Shown here: piece after piece, positions 47,316 to 63,828 of the stretch
How positions within the stretch are numbered: the stretch's first letter is position 1
Layout: the number at the start of each line of letters is the position of its first letter
Assembly (NCBI RefSeq): GCF_009914755.1
Contig: NC_060934.1
Source of the DNA: the human T2T-CHM13v2.0 reference genome, Homo sapiens
Length of the DNA: 64,000 nt
Reading direction: 5' to 3' (one strand)
Made by a program: the position numbers and the translations under genes
The notes under the pieces: generated by a model
What the model was told of the DNA's origin: nothing
Seen by the model: only the letters and a program-made list of their open reading frames with translations
Database searches by the model: none

Positions 47316-47960
47316 TTGTGTGTGTGTACGTGTGTTTATTATGTGTTATAGGGTATATGTGTGTGTATTGTTATAGGTGTGTGTGTATTGGAGTGTGTAT
47401 TCTGTTACGTATGTGCATATGTGTTATAAGATGTGTGTACATGTGTTTATTATGTTGTAGGGTATATGTGTGTGTATTGTGTTATGGGTGTGTGTTATAG
47501 GTGTGTGTGTGTTATCGGGGTGTGTGTGTATTCTGTTACAGGTGTGTGTGTGTATTTGTTATAAGGTGTGTGTGTGTGTTGAGGGTGAACATGTCCAGGG
47601 TGTCCGTGGTGTGTGTGTCTCAGTTGGGGGACTGTGTATGGAGTGTGTGGGTGGTGTGTGGAATGTGTGTGTGTGTGCATGTCTTTTTATGGAGTTTGTG
47701 ATGTCTCCCTTGTCTGTATTGGGGGCTGTGTGTGGAAAACCATCTTTAGGGGAGTGGTGTGGTGTGTGGTAGGGTTTGTGGAGGGGTCGTTAGGAATGTG
47801 TGTGTGTGGCATCTGTAGGTCTGTGACTGTGGGTGTCTGTATAGTGTGTGTGTTTACCGGACGTGGATCCCTGTGTGGTGCGTGTGTCTGGCGTGTGTTG
47901 TAGGTGAGCCACCGTGTGCGTGGTGCGTGTGTTGTAGGTGGGTCGCTGTGTGCTGTGTAA
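47316..47960 (+). repeat. Degenerate (TG)n-rich tract, intron 15
   Basis: Interrupted tgtg/gtgtat repeats over ~650 bp. Confidence 0.9.
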
Positions 47961-48479
47961 CTGGCAATGGGGTCTGTTACCCTGCCTGAGCCCCTCCTGG
48001 CGCATCTCTTCGCGGCTCTCACTGCCTGCGGTCTGCTGCCTCCTGGTGGCCTTGTGCTGCAGGGCTCTTCTGAGGTCAGGCCCCCGTCCATGGTGGGACC
48101 AGGGCTGGGTCCAGCTCAGGTGGGTGGCAGGGCCAGCAGTCTATGTGCAGCCCAGGGGCGCAGTACACAGGGGTGACATACAGGTGCATGTCCTGCCTGA
48201 TGGAGGGTGGGTACCTTGAGCCCCAGGTGCATGCTGTGTTGGCTCACACATCCTGTCCAGGTGCTTGGTGTGAGGGTGATTACGACTGCACAGGTGCAGC
48301 TGTTTACACGCACATGGTCTCATGCACCCCGGTGAGTTTTGTTTGTGTGTGCAAGCTTGGGAGCCTGACAATTTCTGGCCCGAGGACAGTGGCTGGGGCT
48401 GCCATGTGGATGGGGACCCTGTTGGGGTTTGTGCATCCAAGAGACGCCCGCTGACCCAGACCTTGCTTTTCTCGTCCAG

Positions 48480-48620
48480 GACTTTGACCAGCTGCTGGAG
48501 GCCCTGCGGGCCGCCCTCTCCAAGGACCCAGGCACTGGCTTCGTGTTCAGCTGCCTCAGCGGCCAGGGCCGTACCACAACTGCGATGGTGGTGGCTGTCC
48601 TGGCCTTCTGGCACATCCAA
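48480..48620 (+). CDS. PALD1: PALD1 exon 16 with P-loop FSCLSGQGRT (C661; motif 48552-48572)
   Basis: ccag|gac acceptor, caa|gtacgt donor, CX5R motif. Confidence 0.96.
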
Positions 48621-48840
48621 GTACGTGTGGCCTCTCAAGTGAGATTAGAGATTTGCCTGGAGGAGGGTAGACACTCAGGTCCCAGGCACACTGGCTCCAC
48701 AGGAGGGTGTGAGGGGCAGAGACAGCCGGGTGTGGTCCCAGAGCCCCTTCCATCAGTCTTGGGCAGCCCCCAAGTCCTCCCCAGCAAGGGGCTCCTGGCG
48801 TTGGGAGGGGGCTTCTGTCTCAGCAGCTGTCTTCCCTCAG

Positions 48841-48912
48841 GGCTTCCCCGAGGTGGGTGAGGAGGAGCTCGTGAGTGTGCCTGATGCCAAGTTCACTAAG
48901 GGTGAATTTCAG
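48841..48912 (+). CDS. PALD1: PALD1 exon 17 (GFPEVGEEE...KGEFQ)
   Basis: tcag|ggc acceptor, cag|gtgagc donor, 72 nt. Confidence 0.95.
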
Positions 48913-49649
48913 GTGAGCATGCCCTGCGGGGTCCCTGAGGCACCTTGGGATGGGAGGAGGAGGAGGACTCCTGCTTGCCGGTCTAGGGGTCCTCAAAGCA
49001 CGTCCCAATGCAGTCACGTCTGCCACCTCATCATATCAGTGCTTCCCTGTTCCCATTTTATAGATGAGCCCAGCAAGGCATGGGACAGCTTGGCTCTGAG
49101 GCCCTGGCAGACGGCCGGCTATGGAGATGTGGGCTGGACCCCTCCCTGCCCGGCCTTGCTGTTGGGCTGCTGTGTGCCTTGGGGAGGTCACTGGCCACCG
49201 TCTTGTCTGGGTAATGTTGATAACAACCTCCCAGCTCCTTCAACCCAGCTGTGGTTGGTGACCTTGTGTGGGTCCCCAGCCTACTTTGCCCTGCCTGTTC
49301 CTCTATTTCAGATTAGGGCACTGGATGGCCAGCCACAAACATTCCAGATTTAGTCATCCATGTATTGTGCACCTGCCACATGCCACAGGCCATCTTCTCA
49401 GGCATCCCGAGAGTCGTGGCAACGTCCCTCGGAGTTGGCCCATGGCTGACCCACAGTCAGCAGCACAGTTGGCTCGTGTCTTACTGGTTAACTTCGCCAC
49501 TTGCCCCTCCCCTGCCCTCGCCCCAGTCCTGAGGCCCTGACCGCCATGCAGCACCTCACACTTGCTAAGCTCTTGCAGCCTTTGCATATGCGGTGCCTTC
49601 TCCCTTCCTTCTTCTGGCTGATTCTCTGATTCTTTCCTTTTTCCTTTTC

Positions 49650-51070
49650 TTTATGTGGTAAAATATGCATAACATAAAATGTACCATTTCAACCATTTTT
49701 AAATGTACAGTTCAGTGGTGTTAAGTACATTCACGTTGTTGTGCAACTGTTGCCACAACCCATCTAACTCCTTCATCTTGCAAAACAGAACTCTGCTCTC
49801 CTATTCAGTAATGATTCCCCATCCTCCCTCCCAGCAGCCCCTGTTCTACTTTCTGTCTCAATGGATGTGACTACTCTAGGAATCTTCTATGAGTGGAATC
49901 GTACAGTATTTGTGTTTTATGACTAGTTTATTTCACTGAGCATAATGTTCTCAAGGTTTACCCACATTGTAATATGTGTCAGAATTTCTTTCCTTTTAGA
50001 GGCTGAATAATATCCCATTGTATGGATAGACCACATTTTGTTTCTCCATTCCTCCATCAAGGGACACTATTTGCTTCCACCTTTTGGCTGTCATGAGTAA
50101 TGCTGCTATGAAATGCATAGTGCACGTAGCTGAGTCCCTGCTTTCAGTTCTTTTGGGCATATACTCAGGAGTGGAATTGCTGGATCCTATCGTAATTCTG
50201 TTTACTTTTTTGAGGAACCACCATGCTGTTTGCCGCAGTATATGCACCATTTTACATTCCCACCAGCAACACACAAAGGTTCTGATATTTCCACATCCTC
50301 ACCAACACTTGATTTCTTTTTTCTGTTTTTTTTAGAGATGGGAGTTCACCGTGTTGGCCAGGCTGGTCTCGAACTCCTGACCTCAGATGATCCACCCGCC
50401 TCGGCCTCCCAAAGTGCTGGGAGCCACTGTGCCCAGCCGTTTTTTTTTTTTTTTTTTGGATAATAGCCATCCTGCTGGGTATGAAGTGGTATATTGTGGC
50501 TTTGATTTGCATTTCTCTAATGATTAGTGATGTTCAATATCTTTTTATGTGTTTATTGGCCACTTGTATATCTTCTTTGGAGAAATGTCTGTTCAAGTCC
50601 TTTGTCCATTTTTGAATTGGATTGTTGTTGAGTTTTGGTTCTTTATATATTCTGGAAACTAATCACTTATAAGAGAGGTGATATGTAAATATGTTCTCTA
50701 TTCTGTGGGCTGACTTTTTACTCATTGATAGTGTCATTTGATGCACAAAAGTTTTTAATTTTGATGTAGTTTGTCTGTTTTTTCTTTTGTTGCCTGTGCC
50801 CTTGGTGCTATATCCAAGAAATCATTGCCAACTCCAATGTCATGAAGCTTCTCCCTTGTGTTTTATCCTAAGACTTTTATAGTTTTTAACTCTTAGGTTT
50901 AGGTCTTTGATCCATTTTGAGTTAGTTTTTTTTATATGGTGTGAGGTGAGGGTTATCTAAGTTTATTCTTTTGCATGTGGATATCTGGTTTTTCCAGCAC
51001 CGTTAGTTCAAGAGTCTGTCTTTCCCCATTGAAGGGTCTTGGCACCCTTGTTGAAAGCCAGTTGACCATA
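49650..51070 (-). mobile_element. L1MB 3' region with Alu monomer (~50318-50437)
   Basis: aacataaaatgtaccatt..., ggagtggaattgctggatc, tttgatttgcatttctctaatgattagtgatg. Confidence 0.9.
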
Positions 51071-52967
51071 TGTATAAGGGTTTTATTTTCCAGCTGAGTT
51101 TAGTCTTTGCATCGGTGCCTTGAATGTGATGGTCAGGCCTCTCCTTCTTCACACCAGGCCCCGTGCTGGGAGCTGTGTGTACTCCCTCTGTCCCCTTTCC
51201 CAGCTCCCAGGAGGTAGGTGCTTTTACTGCTCCCAGTTTATAGATGAGAAAATGAGGCCTGGGGAGACAAGTTTATTACCCTAGGGCCACATCAGAGAGG
51301 TGGGGCTGGGGTATAAGCCAGGCTGTAGACCTCAGAGCCTGTGTTCCAAAGTTACATCATATGACCTGAAGACACCCCTGTACACCCTATCCTCACCCAC
51401 CCCCAGATAATCTAGACCAGCTTCCTTTGCAATTAGTTCAGCATTTGCTGAGCCCACAGTCTGTTGGGGAGAAAGGATCAATAGAGCGTGAAGAGGCCCA
51501 GAGCAGACACTGGTTCTAAGGGCCAAGAGTGCAGCTGAGGGAGCCTGAGAGGACTTCATAGAGGAGGCAGCATTTGAGTGCCTTTGGGGAAGATGAGTGA
51601 GTATCCTTGGTGAGGAGGGGAGTGTCTGGAGGGATCAAGTGTGCAAAGGAGGGATTCTGGAAAGGGCAGGAACTATGTAAGGCTGTGATTTGTCAGAAGG
51701 GAAGCAGGCAGGACTGAGGGGTGGGGGCCCATATTGTGAAGGCCCTGGAGGTTTGCACTATGTGTTTGACCTTGACCGTGAGGCCAGGAGGGAGGCAGAG
51801 GAGGTTGTGATCAGGCTCTCAGTCTGGGGGCCCCAGCAGGCAGTTATATGTGGACTGGGGAGTGGAGGGAGAGGCAGGAGCTGAGTGAGGAGGGGCTGCA
51901 GGGTGAGCAGGAGCAGCCCAGTCCTCATTGGTAGGTCTTGAGGGCTCCTGGATGTGGGGTGAGGAGGGCACCTAGGATGACCTCGAGTTTCTGGCTTTGC
52001 AGTAGTGACAGCTGTCGATGTGGAATTCAGGGGAGGAACAGCTGCAGCAGAGGCCAGGAGTTGGGTTCCCTGTGAAGAGCTGCAGCCCTCTGTCTGAGGT
52101 GGCCCCCAGAGGACGCAGTTCCCTGCACCCTCCTGGGGACCTGCCTAGAGCTTGGGATTGGGGATGTGGACTGGACAGCTCCCTCCTACTCCCCTGGGCA
52201 CAGCCTGAGCCAGATCTGCCACTAGTTCCTTCCAGACTGTTCCTTTTTCTCCTCCCACTTGGTTGCAACTCCATGCCTGCTGGGGTGCCCAGCACCAGGC
52301 CAGGACTCTGAGAAACGCAGGAGTTGGGGAAAGGCCCTTCCCTGTTCTTAAGTGGCAGCCAGAGAGAGAAGAGAGCGAGTTAGGTGTTCATTCATTCACT
52401 GGGCAGCTGATGCTGGGGCACCGGGCAGGTGCCAGGCACCACTCCAGGTGCCGGCAGAAAGCCCCTCACTTAGTGGGGAGCAGGTGTGAAAGTGGAAGCA
52501 GATGAGCAGGTGGCTGTCGACCACGGGACAGGGCGCTGTGGGGACCTTGCAGGGTGGTGGGGGTAGGTGGTGGGAGGGGTTATGGGTGATGCTGGAGAGG
52601 TAGGCTGGACCCAGTGGTGCGGGGAGCCTTTAGACCCCAGTTTCTGTGCTGAGTGTAAGAGAGCCATGAAGAGATCAAAGCCCGGGGATTATACAACATG
52701 GGTTCACATTTATACTTTCGTAAGACCTCTCTGGCCACCAGGGAGAGGGAGGGCGGGGAGGAGGTGGAGACGCTGGTCAGAAGGGTACTGCTGTGGAGGC
52801 AAAGGGGGATGGGGGTCTGGATCAGGTGCCAGCTGTAGAGAGGTGCAGTGTAGACAGATTTGGAGGGGAACTCAGCACAGGGTGGCTGGGAGGGCCTGTG
52901 GGGGAAAAGCCATAGAGTAACCTAAACAGGCTTCAGTTTTCCCAGCAGTAAGGGGCAGATTATATCA

Positions 52968-53115
52968 TTTTTTTTCTTTTTTCTTTTTCTTATTACTCAG
53001 AGATGGGGTCTCACTATGTTGGCCAGGTTGGTCTTGAACTTCTGGCCTCAAGCGATCTCCCCACCTCGGCCTCCCAAAGTGCTGGGATTACAGGTATGAG
53101 CCACTGCACCTGGCT
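52968..53115 (-). mobile_element. FLAM
   Basis: Antisense Alu monomer. Confidence 0.85.
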
Positions 53116-53332
53116 GGGGTGGGGAATTATATCAGATGAGTGGTGTCCAACTCTGAGCGTCTGCGCAGTGGCTGGGGGCTGCTGCAGGTTAGGAGGAGGG
53201 TGGGGAGGCTTCTTACACCCCCTCCTCACCCCTCCAGCCCTAGTACGTGACAGCTATCTGTTTTATAGATCAAAGTTCTGCATGAGGCCTCATTTGAAGC
53301 AGGATTTCTACTGCTTAAAAAATAAGCACCTC

Positions 53333-54483
<1,151 letters not shown>

Positions 54484-54683
54484 CATCTGGGTAGCCTGGC
54501 CCCGGAGATGTTCAGGATCCCCCTGTCCTCCCTCAGTCTGAGAACTGAGGAGCAGGCAGGGCTCTCTGTTCAGCGCCTGGGCCTTAGGCCTGGTGTGGCC
54601 TTTTGGTGAGGGTGCAAGCCTGGTGCTTGGGCTGAGGGCTCTTACCAGTTTTATGTCTGCTCACCCCCCTTCTCCGGCCCCAG

Positions 54684-54824
54684 GTAGTAATGAAGGTGGT
54701 GCAGCTGCTACCCGATGGGCACCGTGTGAAGAAGGAGGTGGACGCAGCGCTGGACACTGTCAGCGAGACCATGACGCCCATGCACTACCACCTGCGGGAG
54801 ATCATCATCTGCACCTACCGCCAG
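54684..54824 (+). CDS. PALD1: PALD1 exon 18 (VVMKVVQLLPDG...IICTYRQ)
   Basis: ccag|gta acceptor, cag|gtgagc donor, 141 nt; frame still open. Confidence 0.95.
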
Positions 54825-55401
54825 GTGAGCCCCCAACCCACCCCACCCCACCCTGCCCCAGCCACCCTTCCAGGTGTGCACAGCCAGGGAGTGGCTGATG
54901 TGGCTTTGGGGTTGCTAGGGGTCCTAGGGGCCCCTCCTTGGCTCGTGGTCACTTTTCCACCTTCTGGAAGTGGAAGTGATCCATGAGATGGACACATCCC
55001 CAGCCCCGACCCACTGGTATGGGTACCAGATTCTGGAGTGGTAGGGGAGATGCATGCAGGGGCCATGTTCAAAGCATTCAACAACTGCTGTGGCCCTAGG
55101 ACCAATCAAGGATGTGGCCAATCAGAGTGAACACCCAGGAGCCCTGTGGTGCCAGGCGTTAACCCTCTTGTTTCTGGGTCCTGGCGGGGGGACCAGAGGT
55201 CCCAGACAGGAGTCAGGTAGTGGGTGGGTGGAGACCCTCAGGGTCTTGGGGTGGCTGTTTCACAACTAGCACGGAGGCTGTCATCTCAGGACGTGGGTAT
55301 GTCTGTGCTGCCCTGGGGCTGGGGCTGGCTCCCAGATGGGGTGTTTTTCATCTGTAAAAATTGTTTTTAAATAACTCATTACATTATAAAAATAAAGTTT
55401 T

Positions 55402-55692
<291 letters not shown>

Positions 55693-56301
55693 TCATAATA
55701 GTCCAGATTTCATGTAACCATCTGGATTTTCAGCCTATCTGGAAAGAATGTGCCCTCAAGCCTGCCTGGGTCCCCAATACTCCCTGCTCTGTTGCACTCG
55801 GCCCTACTGGACCAGTCCCATGACCACAGGCTAGTGTGGGCTCTGGAGTTTTTGGCCTGGGTCTCTGTGTGGAGTGTTCACTTCTGTTCCTCTCTGGCCC
55901 ATTGAATCTGATTGGCTTCTGGAACAGAGGCCGGTGCTGAGTGGGAGGGGCAGTGGTGGGAGCCGGTGGGTAGGGGGTGAGGACTCCATGGTGCTGAGAG
56001 AGGGCTATATGTACCAGCCATGTGTTCCCCACTGCTGGCCAGCAATTCTCAGAAACAGCTCTTGCCTGTGGCCCCTGCAGAGGGGGCCTGCCCCAAGCCA
56101 GCCCTATGCTCGGCTGTAGCTGTGCACACATTGGGGAAATGACTGATTGGGCCCAGCTTTTGCTCAGGGTCATGGATCAGGCCCTGATTGGGGCAAAGGG
56201 TGGATGCCTAGCTGGAAGGCAGGGCAAGGCATCTGGGGTCAATCTGGGTCTAAGATCAGAGGTCATTTGGGAGGGGAGTTTGGAGAGATAAAGAGGCTGC
56301 C

Positions 56302-56447
56302 AGGCCAGGGGAAGAGTGGCTCACACCTGTAATCCCAGCACTTTGGGAGACTCAGGCAGGAGGATCACTTGAGGCTAGGAGTTTGAGACCTCCTGGGCAA
56401 CATAGCAAGACCTTGTCTCTACCAAAAAAAAAAAAAAAAAAAAAAAA
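56302..56447 (+). mobile_element. FLAM
   Basis: Alu monomer with long A tail. Confidence 0.88.
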
Positions 56448-57416
56448 GGTCTGTTAAATGTGGGGAGGGGAAGGTGGTTAAGGAGTTTCAGAAGACGGAC
56501 TTTGGTGAATTTAGGAAGAACTGTTTTCTTCAGGGCCACAGTTAGATTGGGTCCTGAGTCTCCTTTTGAGTTACCTTTGGGTCCCACTCACAATGGTCTT
56601 TTGGCAGCAATGAGCTAAGAAGCTAAGTTCCTCCCACTTTCAGAGGATGCTGAGAGGGCTGAGAATGGAAGCTTCCAGTTCAGTCTGGAAGCTGGAGGCC
56701 CAATAGTTGAAAAAGGATGCCTGCTTCAGAGCATCTTAGACCTTCCATCCCATGCTGGCCAGGCTCTGTTAGAGAGCCCCTACCTCCCTGACTCCTGAAG
56801 CTGATAGGCCCCCCTTCCTCTGAGCTCTGCAGCCCTCGATGTCCACTGCGAGGCACCCAGAGGGCGGAGCAGGGAGCGTGACAGGGCCTGAGCCGTGGGG
56901 AGACAGGAGGGCTCCCCCAGAGCTGGCCTGGAGCAGTGTCCTCAGAGACAGCCTGGGAAGGCGCATCAGGTGGGAGGGGATGCATGGCAAAGGCCAGGGG
57001 GCCGAAAGGTGCAAAACGAGTTTAGAGGCAGCAAAGGTGGTTCGGTGCCCGCATCTGATGACACAGAAGTTATTGGAGATGAGTTGGTATGGGTGAGTTG
57101 GCACTCCTCCCTGGACATTGGAGAGGGAAGGGTAGTTGGGGCTGCTAGAGGTGACTGCTTGACTCTGTTGGCATTGGAGAAGGAAGGTGGCTGGGGCTGT
57201 TAGAGGTGGTCACTCTGGCTGCCTTCTGGATGTGAAGTGTTTTTTAATGAGAGAGGAAGCAGAGCCAGCTAGGAGTCTTACCCGCTCCCACCAGGTCACC
57301 CACCCCCTTTCCAAAGGCCAGGTTGGTCGTGACCTCTGCAGTGGGAGGACACAGATCCCTGAGCCCCAAGGCCCCTTGGAGGGCCCAGAGGCAAGATGTA
57401 GAGTCATTCTGGGATA

Positions 57417-57435
57417 TGGCCACCAGGTGGTGCCA
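57417..57435 (+). promoter_or_regulatory. Candidate CTCF site
   Basis: TGGCCACCAGGTGGTGCCA is close to the CTCF core consensus; motif match only. Confidence 0.4.
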
Positions 57436-57554
57436 GTGACCTACCTGGCCAAATTCTTAGAGGCACTGAAGAGCAGAGGGACTGAGAGGAGACACCCTCT
57501 AGTTCAGGGGCTTGCACCCCACATGTCCAAGAGATCTGAGAGCTTTAAACCATG

Positions 57555-57840
57555 CTGTGGCAGAGCTCCATCCCTAGAGAGTCTGATTTAGTTGGTAGGG
57601 GTGTCTTGGCCAGGGCACGGGTCTTGTTTTTGAAGTCTCCCAGGTGATTCCAACACACAGCCAAGGCTGAGAGCCACATATTCTAAGCAGCGGCCCCCAG
57701 CTTTAGTGGGCTTCAGAATCACATGTTAGACTTGTTAAAATGCAGGCTGCTGGGCCCCACTCTGGAGCTTCTGATTCTGTAGGTCTGGAGGTCTAACACA
57801 CTCCCAGATGATACTGATGCTGGCGGGGACCACACTAGGG
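57555..57840. mobile_element. MER5A/B-type elements (two adjacent)
   Basis: ctcccaggtgattcc...ggctgagagccac; cttgttaaaatgcaggctgctgggcccc. Confidence 0.75.
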
Positions 57841-57849
57841 GATGTATAC

Positions 57850-58420
57850 AATTCACGATGTATACAATTCATGTGCCATGCAATTCACTTATTTATGGTG
57901 CACGAGTCCCTGGTTTTTAGTACATTCATAGAGTTGTGCATCCAGCACCACATCAAGTTTAGAACATTTTTCATCACCCTAAAAAGAAACCTCACACCCG
58001 CTAGCAATCGCTTCCCCTCCCCCACCATCTGGCAGCCACTGATCTTTCTGCCTCTGTGGATTTGCATGGTCTGGCCATTTCGTATAAGTGGAATCATACA
58101 CCATGTGGTCCTTTGTGTCTGGCTTCTTTCACTTAGCATAATGTTTGAAGGTTTATCCGTGTTGTAGCATGTATTATTACTGCATTTTTATGGCTGAATA
58201 ATATTCCATTGTATAGACATATCCCATTATGTCTGTCTGTTTATCAGCTGATGGACATTTGGTTTGTTGTAGAACTTTTTGGCTATTATGAATAATGTTG
58301 CTGTGAAAATTCATGTACAAGTTTTTGTGTGAACGTATGTTTTCATTTCTCTTGGTTATATACCTAGGAGTGGAATTGCTGGATCATATGGTAATTCTGT
58401 GTTTAACCTTTTCAGGTTAA
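57850..58420 (-). mobile_element. L1MB fragment
   Basis: tagaacatttttcatcaccctaaaaagaaacc...tacctaggagtggaattgctggatcatatgg. Confidence 0.88.
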
Positions 58421-59839
58421 CCACCGTGAGTTGGTGGCTGAGTGGGGATGAGAGGCAACGATCTTCACTCCCAGCCCACGCTCCTCCCCAGACCATGTTG
58501 TCCTTGACCCAAGGATCTCATCCATGTTGCCCCAGTGGGCTGCAGGGAGATGTGCGGAGTCTCTAGAAAGGCAGCGGCCCCTACCACCCCTTCTCTCTAA
58601 TGGTGACTTCTGGAAATTGGCAGCTGGGTCTCACCTGTGGTATCAGCTGTTTATTTAAACTTCTGCCCTCTGGTTTCAAACCAGAAGTCCCAGGTGGCCT
58701 CCAGCAGGGTCTGTGGTTCTTTGCTCAGAGCCGGGTGCTGTCCATGCAGAGGGTGCCATCAGCCTGGTCAGATCCCCCACAGCCTCTGGATGTAAATGGA
58801 CCTGAGCTCAGGCTTGGGTAGGGCTTTATCCCCTCCATCGGCTTAATTTGCCCGGGAATGTTCTAGGACCAGTCCACATTTGGCCCATCTGAAGTTTTCC
58901 AAAATCCCAAGAGTCCACTTGGAATCCTGAAATTCAACAGCATGTGTCTGCTTGGCTTCCTGCCCCTCACTCCCCAGAGCCCCCAAATGGTGAATTTCCT
59001 TTTCCTGGCCCCCTGCCGGCTTCAGCAGTCAACTTATACTTTAGTAATAAGCAGTGAAGAACACAGCTCCTGTGATATGGCATTTGTGCTTCTTCAGCAA
59101 TAAAGCTATTCCAGGGCCCTCAGTTGGGAACAGTGGAAGAATTTGGAGGTCAGTTTCCTGTTGTGGATCAGAGAGGAGGGCTCAGAATGTACATGAATCT
59201 TCATCTGCACCCTGAGGTTGCACAGCAAGAATAAGGACAGTAAGTACCAAAAGCTTAGGTGGCTCAGGTTGAGCAAAGAGTCTCCCAGTCTCCCAGAATC
59301 CTGCCAACTCAGCGATGATTTTACTTTTGCCCGTTTCCTTCTGGGCTTCGTGCACTTGCATGCAGCTCTCTGGAAGCTGTGATTGTGGCAGGCCCACGGG
59401 ACGTCTCTCGCCACTCACCTAGGCTGTGTTTATGCATTTCAACATGTGCCCAGCCAGCATGTGCTGCCTCAGTGCTGGGCCCTGGGCGGACACTGAGTAG
59501 GGACCGGTGATGAAAGGTGCGCAGAGCTGACGTTCTCGTAGGGCAGAGAGAGGCAAAATTAAGCAACAGCTCCGGCTTCTGGGCATTTTGTCGTGTTTGC
59601 TGAGGAGCCCTTACATCATCGCATTCCGTGTTCACATTCCGTGCAGTGAGTGGAAGTACTGTTTCTCATGCTGTTGCTGTGTGTAGCACGCGCGGCCCTT
59701 CACATTCTTTCCTGTCGTCTTCTGGGATGGGGGGTGATGTGGACCTCGTAGCGCATGTGGCTTTTCCGTTGTGTGGATTATTTTTGTAAAGCTGATACTT
59801 AGAAGTAGAATTACTGAATGAGTCAAAACTTAGGAACTT

Positions 59840-60600
59840 ATATTTTTAAGTATTTTGGAATGTTTCAAACAGAAAATTTCAAAGCAGAGAGCATAATTTC
59901 CTCAGCCCTCATGTGCCCACCTCCCAGCTGCAGTAAGTACCCATCTCAGCCAGTCTTATTTTATCTCAAGCCCTCCGAGCTCTCACTGAATTATTTTAAA
60001 GCACATCGCAGTCCTCATGTTACTTCTTCTGTGCATATTTCAGTACGTACCTCTAAAGAAGGGGGATCTTTTAAAGAAGGCAGTCACACCGCCATGATTG
60101 CCTCTTAAACAATGGACAGTCGCTACTTACCAGCAAACATCTGGTCAATGTTTAGATGTTTCCACTAATCTCACAGGCTTTTTGCAGCTGGATCAGGATC
60201 CAAACAAGATCCACATGTTGCATTTGGTTGACGTGGCCCTAAGTCTCTTTTAATCTCATACAGTTCTCCTTTTCCCCCCTGAAATATATTTGTGAGGTAA
60301 ACTGGTTGTCTTCCTGGGCTTCCTGGAGCTAATTTTCCTAGTTGCACCCCTAGGTTTAAGTTGGCCTGTGCTTCCTGGAAATGGTTCGCATCCAAGGCTT
60401 CATAAGATTCCAGCTCAGTGTGGCCGGAATGGTTACTGGGGGTGCCGTATGCTGCTGTTGGGGCTGGAAGATCCTGTCGTCTCTCCTATTATGACTGGCT
60501 TGCAGCAGTGTGCATCGCCAGCTTGCAGAATGGTGATCTGCTGGCTCTCTCATTCCATCTACATTAATTAACTGCGATACTTCCAGAACGAGAGACTTCC
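59840..60600 (-). mobile_element. Old L1MC remnant
   Basis: atcaggatccaaacaagatccacatgttgcatttggttg motif. Confidence 0.6.
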
Positions 60601-61524
60601 CCTCAGGTGTGTTGGGGACAGACAGGCAGGTTCCATGTTTGCTGTTTCCTTTGATTTCCCTGTCTCCAGTGGATGGGTTGGTTTGGGAGATGCTTGTCTA
60701 AAAATGAGGGAAAGATGTTGGCTTCAGCAAGGCCTAATGTTCCTCCAGATTTGGATGTGGTTGGAGTCTGTGAGGAGAGTCTGGGTGACTGGAGTGAGAG
60801 CCAGCAGGGAGTGGGATGGGGTAGAGGCTCATGTGGAGGGACAGGGAGTCACTAGAGACCCAGTGCCGGCCACACATGTCCTGACATTTCCTTAGCCAAC
60901 TTGGAAGTAGTCCGAGAGGTGCCCATGCTGGGCTGATAGACATTTTTACGACCACCGTCCTCACTTTGCCTGTGTGTGATAAAGGGTGTTCTAATGTTGG
61001 TTCCGGTTTTACATTTGAGGAGGGAGGCACTGAGCTTGCCCAAGAACACACAGCTGGCAGATTTAGGAGGGGGACAAGACCCGGCCCCTGACTCCCAGAT
61101 TGAGCCTCTCTGCCATGCCACATGGCCTCCCAAGTGGGCGGAGGCACCATTTCACCTCTCCCTGCCCACCTTGAGCCCTGCTGCAGGGAAACAGAACTGG
61201 AAGCCATGGTCCTTGCCTTTGAGGAAGTCGCAGACTGACCAGGAGAAGGACAAGGACAAGAACACATCCCAGACACAGGTTGTGGGTGCAGCTGGGAGGT
61301 AGTGGAGCCAAGCCTGGGGACATATTTTCCACTGGGACAGACCTTCCCTGAGGGAACAGCCTCGACCCTTCTCTCTATGCCTGTCTCAAGCAGCCCGACT
61401 TCACGGGGCTGCAGCCCACGGCGGTGCCCCTCTGTTCTCCAGTGTCTGCAAGGTTGAGTCAAGGCTTGGATGCCTCCTGCATGTGAAGGGGCCAGATGCT
61501 TGGGGCATTTTAAGAACTGCCTCA

Positions 61525-61872
<348 letters not shown>

Positions 61873-61879
61873 CTAAGCC

Positions 61880-61960
61880 ACTTCCGGCGCTTTGGACGGA
61901 AGTTAGAATGCAGGGCCCTGGCTGAGGAGAATCCAACATGGCCGCCAGCCCAGGGCGGTG
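61880..61960. promoter_or_regulatory. Candidate ETS/ETS/YY1/GC-box cluster
   Basis: ACTTCCGG (61880), CGGAAGT (61897), CAACATGGCCGCC (61934), GGGCGG (~61953). Confidence 0.4.
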
Positions 61961-62282
61961 ACACCAGCGGCAGACTTCGTTGTTTCCTTTTGGGCTTGGA
62001 AAGGGAAAATATTTATGACAAAAACCAAAGTCAGGGCACCTGGAGGAAGCCCTGCTAGAATCATTAATGCCAGCGGCACTTTTCCTGGGCTTTGGCTGGT
62101 GACGTTAATTCTTAGTGTTGGGTTTTTAAAACAGCCTGTGTCTCCTGTTTTCCTTTCAGAAGAGTTTGAAGAACAGCTGAGGTGAAGGGAGCCACACAGG
62201 GAGAAGGAAACATCCTCTGGTCTCAAAGCGAGATTTATTGTATAAAGACTGTAGTGCTTTAACTTTGAGCAGTGCTTTTTGA

Positions 62283-63074
<792 letters not shown>

Positions 63075-63428
63075 TGACTGAGAAGAAACTGAGGCCTAAT
63101 GAAGTTTTGTGATTGGCTGGAGGCTGGACCAGAAGCTGGCTCCCAACTCCTCGACTTGCATCCCTTTTCCGCCGCTGTGGCAGCCACGACCCGGGGGCAA
63201 TCTTGTGGCAGAGAAGGGAAGCGTTGGCAGGGAAGCTGCCAGCCGCTACTGTGTGACTGCCTGGGTTGGTGCAGAGTTGGTCCTGTGACCAAAGGAGCTT
63301 CCAGGAGGTCAGAGAGACCAGCTCCGTGCCCCAAGGGCTGAGGTCATTTCTTAAGAAAAAAGACCAGAGAGCTCTGGCTCTGAGCCCCAGGCAGGGTCTT
63401 TCTCAGCCTCTTGAAAACTCTGGCTGTT

Positions 63429-63828
<400 letters not shown>

